Position numbers and translations under genes: made by a program. A stretch of 64,000 nucleotides of DNA from Paramecium tetraurelia. Lineage: Eukaryota. The notes below the pieces were generated by a model, which worked only from the letters and a program-made list of their open reading frames with translations, was not told the origin of the DNA and did no database searches. Below, one piece after another: positions 55,344 to 64,000 of this stretch (its first letter is position 1; every line of letters begins with the position of its first letter). The stretch is from the NCBI GenBank assembly GCA_000165425.1, contig CT868049.1:1-64000 (forward strand), in the 5' to 3' direction.

Positions 55344-55866
55344 ATGGATGTAGAATATGTTGGGGTAAAGCAGGAATTCCTAGAAGATAGTATCATTTAC
55401 TCAATTGCCAGAGTTTTAGATGAAATCGTTAGAGAGACTGACATAATTGAGAGTCCCTAACAAACTGCATTTCATACAAATAAAAAACCTGCAATAAGTC
55501 TGGCAAAATATTTAGAGCGTATCCAAATGTACTCTTATTGCAGCAATGAATGTTTCATCTTGGCATTGATCTACATTGACAGGATCTAATAAAAGAACCA
55601 AGATGTTGTTATCAATAGTTTTTGTGTCCACAGGTATGCAACACTTCTATGTTAGATTTATGTTCGCATGCATCATTCTGAGCATTAAATATAACGATGA
55701 TGATTACTATAAGAATGACTACTATGCCAAGGTCGGGGGAATCACAATCAGCGAGATAAACAAATTAGAATAAGAACTGTTAACTTTGCTCGATTACGAG
55801 CTTTATGTTAGTTAATAACAATACTACTTTTACAAGGATAAATTGATGAAATATGCAAAACTATGA
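55344..55866 (+). CDS. Pho80/cyclin P(U)-type cyclin
   Basis: [33 protein letters not shown]...VHR (22-nt intron) ...[20 protein letters not shown]...EINKLE. Confidence 0.93.
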
Positions 55867-56840
55867 TTATATAAATAATATAATGGAAATGACTAAGAGA
55901 TTGGAACATAAATTCAATCATGCATTTGAACCATTTTATCTCCTTGTGTTTTCATGATGCACATATCAATGCTGCAACCATGAACTTCTAGTACGAAAAT
56001 CCATAAAGAGTGACTCATATTCTTATTTTCTACTATTAAATCGATTGATTACTCATTAAGTAAAATTTTGAATAACATATCAATTCATTTTAAACTAAGA
56101 TTTCTTTCTCTCTATACTACTTCAGTTCTTCTAAATCAATTATATTCACATCTTTCATATTTATCAACACAACAATTTGATCTCGAAATTTCTTAGAATT
56201 TATCAACTCATTCGAATTCATAGCATTTCAAATCTAGATTAAATAAATGTCATTATCTCTCTGATTTGAACATTTATTCACCTTAAACAGATGATGTCAG
56301 TTACATTCATAATTGTGGATTAAATTGCTTTATTAATCAATAAGTATTATGTATAAATCAAATTAATCTTTTATTTGTGATTCTGTTTGAAACAACTAAA
56401 TTGATTAGAATTTGTTTGATTTATAACATAAATTATACATATCATCAAGCCTAGATATGAAAAATGAGATAGTTGAATTAGTGCAATTAAAATTATTATT
56501 AAATCAAACAGTTGATTAAATTATTAAATTCTTATTTATTAGATGGTTTGATAATTAAACAAGAATAAAAAATTTCTTAATGAACAAGGAATTATTATTC
56601 ATAAATTCCTACTTAAAATTTATTAATAACCTTTGATTATAATAAAAAGTAATCTAATAATATTTAATAATCTATCTCAAATTTTTATCGCTTACTTAAA
56701 GATGTAACAATATTGACCAAAAAATTATTAATTTTGATGTTAAATTAAATTGATTTTCCATCGATAAAGGTGAATAGTCCTAGAAGATTTTATATATAAA
56801 TTATACTTTTGATAAAAATAACATAAATTTATCAACAAAA

Positions 56841-59818
56841 TCATTGATATTAATTATTATTTTCTGTATCAATTTTAGCCATAGCTTATCTCGGAGGTCT
56901 TTATATTATTGATGTCGAAATATATTTGGACTTGGAAAACGATTCTGAAATAATGTTTTCCTATTCAGATTTTGGTATTTATTTGGTTAAGGAAGAACTC
57001 TATTTAAAATTGATAAATGCATTACACGAACAACTGAAGATTGCAAAGTTGAAATATTAATTTTCTATTCATACTTGATTTTCATTTGATCAATTTCTTT
57101 TATTTTCTCACTCAATTCTTGATTCTTATTCTGCACTATCAAATCCCTATCTATTAAACAATTTTATAAGTATGTCATTTAGGATAATCTATATTTATGA
57201 AAAATAATTACAGATTTTCATTCTCACTGTAAACTTTGTGAAGTTGTTCCTATAAACATTGGATCTAATTCTCTAGGTTGCTATTTTATTATTAGAATAT
57301 AGAGAGAGTCTTACGATTATTTTCAGCCTCTTTGTTAACTTATTCACTTTATTTCCTTTATTTATTCATCAAACTATACGCCTCCTCCATTTCTTTGATT
57401 TTTCCTTATAGTTATGAATCCAATAATTAATTTTATTTTTCCAAAGTAAGTGTGTTAGCCTTTAATTTTAAGTTAATTTATTCGAATTCCATAAGTTGCT
57501 AATCTAAACGAGTGTATTCCTATTTCAACTCGTCATAATCATTAAACTAGTTTTAATTTCTTAATTGCAATCTTAAAGATTCTATTTCATGAAGTCGTTC
57601 CTCTGTAACAATATTCAACCTCTTTGTTTCTTGAATTTATAAGAGTAATCTCTATTCATTGTCCTATAACTAATTATTCAATTAGTATTTCTAAGTTTCC
57701 CATGACATCCTTTCAGCTTAGAATTTCATTTCCAAATCTCTCAATTCCAATCCATGTTTTTATAAATTTGAAATCTCCTATTAATACACATCAATTTATG
57801 TATAGAGTTCTTCTATTTCTTAAAGGTAAGTCCTTTGCTTACCATCAAAATCTTGAACTTTTACTTACTCTACATTTAACTGACCTCGAACTCTTTCTAA
57901 TTCACTCGCTAAAAGTGCGATTTTAGATTCCAAAGATTAATTAATGACAACACTTTATTGCTTCCTATCCTGATCTTGCTAAGATATGATATTTTGGTAT
58001 TACTATATCGATTTTGTTAATGAATGAATTTTTTCATTCTATAAATTAGATTATTCCTCGTAAGCTTTTAAATTATTAGTAAAATCTTCAATTACTTTCC
58101 ATAATCGATCTATTTCACTTGCAAAAATGACTATTTTCATTCTCTCTTTGATTAAATCTTCTTTCATTTTACTATTGTCTTTAACATTAATTTGCAATTA
58201 TAATTAATAATCTTTAATTTCTGAAAGCAAACTGATTCTTTCATTTTCATTAGCCTATACTTTTCGTTTATCATCATCCTTTTATCCATCCATGATTGTT
58301 TGTTCTTATTTTAAACTTTGTATTACTTTTTCAAGTTCGCTGTTTTAATGCTAAAGTTATTCAAGCTGTTATTCCTGAATTTAAGTCTCTCTTTTAAAGT
58401 TTTGAGTTAATTCCATAATTTATGCATTCATATCTTCTTCCAAATTAGAAATTCTCATATTCAAATTATCATTATCACTGTTAAGCAGCATTGATTCTTA
58501 TTAATAATTGCTGATTTCAATCTCCATTTCCAGAATTGAGTTCTATTGCTGCTAAAGTTCTTTCTATTTTTATTCTAGTTATCTGCTCAAGGATTCAATT
58601 TCATATTAATACTTACTATGAACGATGTCTTTTTCCCTTAAGATAATGTTTAGTCTCTCAACCTCGGTAGTTAATAAGGTGCATTTGTTTTATAGTTCTT
58701 TCTGATTTTGTGTCCAAAAGTCTTACTGTTATTATAATAGCAGAATGTCTTATTCATATTGCAATTTTCTCATTGACTCCTGTTCGAATTATAAGTTTCG
58801 TTATTCAAATAAACCCAATTATTGTGTGAGATGTTCTATCTATTGAATTTATTCTTAATTTCTATGTTCACAATCCTCAATCACTGACCATAATCTCTCA
58901 ATTTCAGTATTCAGAACAATGATTCTCATCCTATCCTTAATAGAATTGTCTTCCTTGATTTTAGATGAATTCTATATATTTTTGAATTGTTGTATCTATA
59001 ACATCATCTATTATAGGTTCTACTTCAATTATTCATTTTCAATTTTAATATGTTGTATCTCATTTTGATTGCTGTTAAAACGCATTCTTTCAATTTCCTA
59101 AGCCAAGAGTGCACATTTATTTTCCAATTCAGAATTTCTATTCTCTAATTTTGTGACTTAATTGATTAAATTAATTTCTTTGATTTGTGGATCAATCTAT
59201 GATCTCTTCTAAATCTCATAAGATTATAAGTTCTAACTTTCGGCATTGGCCACTCTATCTTAAAGTTAAATAAGTTCTTTTTGTTTATTTTGAACATAGA
59301 TTTGTAAATTGTCATATTGTAATTGTTAATCTTTGAGTTGTTTGGATAATTCTTCCTTTTGAGAGTAGCATTCTTGATATTTTTGATTACCCAAATTAAT
59401 TTCACGAATATACTCTTCTAATTGGACTTTTAAATGATTTGTTCTTTATTTGTAAGCATCCATTTATTCTAGCAGTTGTTTTAATTCAATTTGGTGATTC
59501 TAATTGGTCTCCTAAAACTAAATCGAAAGGATTTTGTATTAATTTTCAGTTTATCTTAGATATTATATTTCTTTGGTCTTATCCTCTAATTGTTTTTTGA
59601 GATTATTGAATTCGAACTAATGGGAGGAAGACAGTGTATTATAAACAAGAGAATTGGAAGATTGCTGTATAGGATCCGATTTATGTGAGTTAGGTTCTAA
59701 ATCAAAATGAGGATGTTTGGCTTGATTGGGAATCGGAATATTTTTGTGGAGCATGTACTCAAGAGGAGTCAATTTGGTTTGGACATTGGTTTTGGGCTAA
59801 GAACTGAGACCGATTCAT
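56841..59818 (-). CDS. Long coiled-coil protein with repeated ...EIERL motifs (probable cortical cytoskeleton); apparent +1 frameshift in codon 3, or start at 59754
   Basis: Q/E/K/L-rich open frame of about 950 codons with LENKCALLAQEIERM, IIVLNTEIERLW, LQNKCTLLTTEVERLN and IVIFASEIDRLW; short introns near the 3' end. Confidence 0.8.
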
Positions 59819-59880
59819 AATAAATAATTTGAAATTTAAAATAATATCTAGTCATGTGAATAATTATAAATATTAATATA

Positions 59881-60215
59881 ATGGAAAGTGCTTTTATATT
59901 TGGATGTCTATTCGGAATGGGTATCAGAATGACAGTGAGTAGAGTCATACGTCAACCGTTTCTATATAGTAAGGAGTCCTATAAAATAGTGTAGAGTGTC
60001 ATTAGTATCCAAAGTACATGTTGTACACAGGAATTGCATTCTCTGGATTTGATTGGATCCGTCGTCTTTCATTGGAAACATTATGTGAGAGAGAGGAATT
60101 GTCTGAGTATTTGGTTCGCACTGCTCGAATCAACTAGCTTGCAACTGGAGCTGAATCAGTGGGAGATTACAAGAAGGAATTTGTCTAAATAGCCGTAGAC
60201 GAGCACATATATTGA
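59881..60215 (+). CDS. Putative mitochondrial complex I subunit NDUFC2/B14.5b-like (102 aa)
   Basis: MESAFIFGCLFGMGIRMTVSRVIRQPFLYKCHQYPKYMLYTGIAFSGFDW: two short hydrophobic segments joined by an R.P loop. One 26-nt intron. Confidence 0.6.
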
Positions 60216-60223
60216 TTATCATG

Positions 60224-62383
60224 TCATAAATCAAAATCATCGTTGAATTCACTGTTGGGATTGCTCAGACTTTCCATCAACCCTTTTATCTTCGCCTAAT
60301 CTTTCATATCAAGTGACATGGCCATATTGAAACAACTAAAAAAACATAAAAGTTTAATTTTACTTTTATGCTTCTTGGATCTTATTCAACTTTTTTAGTA
60401 TACGACCCATAAGAATGTAGATGGCAGCTTCTTTGGGAATAAATTGACTCAAAGTCTGCAATTCACTCAATGCTTATTCGTATTAATCCAAATTTAATCA
60501 ATGAATTTGCCTAATTTGATCATAACCAATATATACTTTCTAGTATTTGTTAAGTCCATTCATGGGATCTAACCTCTCACTCTATTCGAAATACTTCAAG
60601 GCTTCCTTATGTTCACCCTTGGCAGCATAACTCATAGCTAAGAATGTAGGGAGAACAGGGTTGTTGGGATTTATTCTGATGGCTTGGATAAAACACTTAA
60701 TGGCATCCTCAGTATTTATCCGTCTTGTAATACATGTTGCCCTAACCCCACCAAGCATTGTATTATCTCTAATCCAGTGAGGTTGCAGTCTCGTATGATT
60801 TTTTGGCTTAATGAAAATTCTCATTCTGTGAAAACTCATGTCCAGACAAAGTGTAAGCATAAGAGTAATCCTTTCTTAATTGAATGGCTCTCCCAAAGAA
60901 TTTGATTGAATTGTCAATTTCTTTGATCAAACTAAAACAATTGCCTATTGCAATCCAAGTTTCAGGTGCTTACATAGAGATTTATAAACAAGAATGTGCT
61001 AAATATGTTAATTCTGATTGTTTCTTCAAATGCCATAAACAAGAGGAGTAATAATCCATCCCCTCCAATCGAGTAGGTTCAATTTGTCTCATCTCCTTCC
61101 AAACTCTTTCCGCATCTGTATATTTGACTTAATCCATGAAACTTCTGGCAACTTTCTCCAAAACCCATCCTGACCTGTAATGCTGAGGTGGCAGTTTCTA
61201 AAAGTTGGCTATTGCCTCTACAGAATAGTTAGTCCATAATTGATATGGATGGGCAAATAATTTTAAGAGTTGAGGTAAGCTTCCACTAGAATAATTTCAA
61301 TACCTCATTAAACTAGGCGACGATTGAAGAGTTACACTGCCTACTTTCTAAATGTCACTCTTTTTTGCATTATAATTCTTATTTTGATTGGATGATAACT
61401 GGAATGGTTGACTCAATAGAGATTGATAATTTTATAATCCAATCCCAGGAGTTGGGATCATCTTCGCACTAATCTTCTTCTATTGAAGTTCTTAAAATAT
61501 TATCATACTAAACTTACAGGTAAACTTCATTTAACTATTAGATGAGTCATCCAAATGAATGATTTAAGCCTACACTCCAGTTGTTGAGAATGGTTTCACT
61601 CCTTGAGTTTGTCTCTTATTTATCTATTTACTTATGTATTTATTTGAAATTACATTATCAATAACTAGAAATTCCTCTTTAACATCATCAACTTCTTTTT
61701 AACCAGATTTTGTAATGTTTGACTTGTTCTTAAGTGAGTTTGCAAGTATTTTATAGATGTTGCAACTCTATTGTCTGCTCATTTCATATTGTCTCTGCTT
61801 TTGATCGATAAACACTTTATTTATTGTGACTGGCTCATTAATCTTGGACAACCTTTCAAAGGCCACCCAAAGAGTTGGATTCTGATCCAGTGCTTTATAA
61901 TACTGTATTTTAGCATCGTCTATTCGAAGCATTGATTCATATATCTATCCCAATAAAAAATCACCAAAACTTCCATTAGGTGTATTTGATGACTGCAACA
62001 AGAATTGATTGCCAAATGAGGGACCTATTAATGCCATTTCAGCCTCCTTGTACTTTTTGATCCTAAAATACGCCACTGCCAATTGATAACTACAATCCTA
62101 TTACACATTTTCACATACCGATTAAACTCTGACTTGCATTCCTTCAATATATGGCATGCCTTATAAGGCTGATTCTCATGTAAATAGCATTCTGCTAGTA
62201 TTGATCTGTGCTCCTCTGTGTCGTGTTCATACACTAATCTCTCAGCTATTGAAATTTGAACTCACACTAATTACCCAAAAAGATAGCATTCTATTCCATA
62301 TGATTCTGCAATGAATCTAGAATAGCTTCTATCAATTATTATTCCAACTAGCTCTTTACTTAAAGTCCCTCCTCTTCAATCAT
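60224..62383 (-). CDS. CDC27: Anaphase-promoting complex subunit 3 (TPR); one apparent +1 frameshift at ~60711
   Basis: NAIFLAERL; PTLWVAFERL; GMDYYSSCLWHL; APETWIAIGNCFSL; YAYTLSGHE; YNAWWGQG; several short introns. Confidence 0.92.
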
Positions 62384-63396
62384 CAATATTTCAAAATTTC
62401 AAATAATTATATATACGTTCAATCCAATATAAAAACATGAACATTTTGTTCACATCAAAATAACCATATTCAATTTATTATTCAATCGACTGCTCCCCAA
62501 ACAGATAGCACTCATGAGTTTAATTTTTCCCATAATATTAAACCAGAACTAAAATTTCATATAGATAATTATGACCAGTCTAAAATTAGAGTGATATTCG
62601 AAGCAATATATTCACACAAATGAATCTGTTTGTCAAGTTCACTCTTAAACAAAAATCAAGAAAACGGGTGGCAGCTTAGCTTAAAATAGTTTATGCTTGT
62701 CAATTAGATTTTCATACAATTATTTTTCATTTTTTATCTAAAAATAACTTTATTATTACTCATTTATTTTTACAATATCTCCTTTATGCAAATAAACTAA
62801 TTATATCTGAACGATCTACATTATTTATAATATTCAATTTAATCTCAATCTTGACCCTAGCAATTCCTTTTTAAGAAAATAAGAAAAAAATGTAAAATTT
62901 ATAATGTTAGATTGTGGGGTGATAGAAATCATCCAAAGAAACGACTCAAAGGACATTTCAATACTAAAATCTTTCAAAAGAACATGTCATTTCAAAGTTA
63001 AAATGAACCTAGCTCCTTCTGTTTTCCCTGTACCTTTGCCTTTGAGCTCATGAATTAACCAATTTGATGAAGTCTAAATTCTTGAATTACTTGAAAAAGC
63101 CAATTATTTCAATGATTAAATCTTGATCCTCCCTTTTCATCAACCATATCCTCATTCTATTTAATACAAATGACCATTCAAAAGATTAAAATGTCTGAAT
63201 AAATTTTAATTCTATGTTGAGATGAAATAATCATATTCTTAATTTTATAACTAGTTGATTCAAGGAATTAAGAACTTATTGGCTAGATTTGATTTTTTTT
63301 GTATTTTAGGCATTAGTAAATATTTTCATTGTCTTAAAATCTTACTTAATTGAAATTGATTGCTTTACATTATATTTTTTCAAATTAAAATAGATA

Positions 63397-64000
63397 ATGT
63401 AGAAAATAATACTTTCGAGTTTATGGGTGCTTAGTTTAATACTTGTAGATTATTTCTATGGGGAAACAACATTTGAGATAAGTGATTCAATTACAGAGTA
63501 TCTGCAATCCTTGTTTGATTATGGGAATGAGAATGGATTAGTAGGTATAATAGAATAGATGAATTATAATTAGAAAGTTTTCTGTTAATCTTTTATGTAT
63601 TTGGGGGAAGATAATTTATGGGAATGGTGTTCATAATTCTTTGGTTGAAATCAGGATTGAAGGAGTAGATTTTAAAATTAATTACAATGTATTCGATTAC
63701 TTCATTTCTTGGCCATTTTATTAAAATGATCTTAGCATAGCCAAGACCCTTTTATGAAGAATCAGATGTTCGACTAGATTTTTGTAAAAAGGGTTATGGA
63801 GACCCAAGTGATAATGCTTTAAGGTCTATTGTGTTTTATGTAATTTTATCAGAAACTTTATTATTTAAAAAATATAAGGTTTAAGCAAGTGATTTAGGTG
63901 TTCTTAGTTCAATTAACTAAGATAAAAAACTTTAATATCATTCTAAATAATTATCAAAGTATATCATTCTCATATATTAGTGATGATCTTTACTCATAAC
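63397..64000 (+). CDS. PAP2-superfamily membrane protein, 5' part (runs off the window)
   Basis: Hydrophobic segments; motif 1 KMILAQPRP; C..GYGDPSDN at the PSGH position; one 29-nt intron. Confidence 0.8.

Noticed and set aside
32266..62383. CDK, cyclin and CDC27 as a functional cell-cycle cluster
   Set aside because: Spread over 30 kb among unrelated genes, and CDKs and cyclins are large families in ciliates, so co-occurrence is expected by chance.
62904..63173. Short + strand ORF (MLDCGVIEII...) with an internal TGA
   Set aside because: No recognisable motif; cannot be distinguished from chance or a relic.
1..64000. CRISPR arrays, transposases, telomeric repeats, tRNA/rRNA genes, operon-like prokaryotic systems
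   Set aside because: None seen by eye and the window is eukaryotic. Small ncRNAs cannot be excluded without covariance-model searches.

Overview
This is a eukaryotic, very AT-rich, gene-dense window from a ciliate macronuclear genome, most likely Paramecium. Genes read through only when TAA/TAG = Gln and TGA is the sole stop (translation table 6), and they carry tiny GT-AG introns of about 22-31 nt. The supplied ORF track, made with a standard/bacterial code, is therefore fragmentary and partly spurious. About 22 genes were reconstructed by hand. The first ~13 kb holds lineage-expanded families (secreted F5/8C-like protein, Zn-motif/SPRY-like gene with a premature TGA, Cys-rich multipass surface protein), decayed relics and an assembly gap with a G-less duplicated flank. 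The rest is a compact conserved block: NOP16, a DNAH1-like axonemal dynein heavy chain (13 kb), NUG1/GNL3, NPL4, a CDK, two Myb factors, a TFIIB-core-like protein, PEX3-like, rotatin, a VHS + adaptin-ear protein, a Kazal protein, Pho80-type cyclin, a coiled-coil protein, NDUFC2-like, CDC27 and a PAP2-like protein. The most notable observations are (1) nine same-direction +1 frameshifts in otherwise intact genes, probably consensus errors, (2) a GGA-like VHS/coiled-coil/alpha-ear protein, (3) a divergent pair of MGC-starting microproteins, (4) a TFIIB-core-like protein lacking the Zn ribbon, and (5) NPL4 with five CHCC fingers. No clearly novel multi-gene system could be established. All homology calls are from motif recognition by eye, not database searches.
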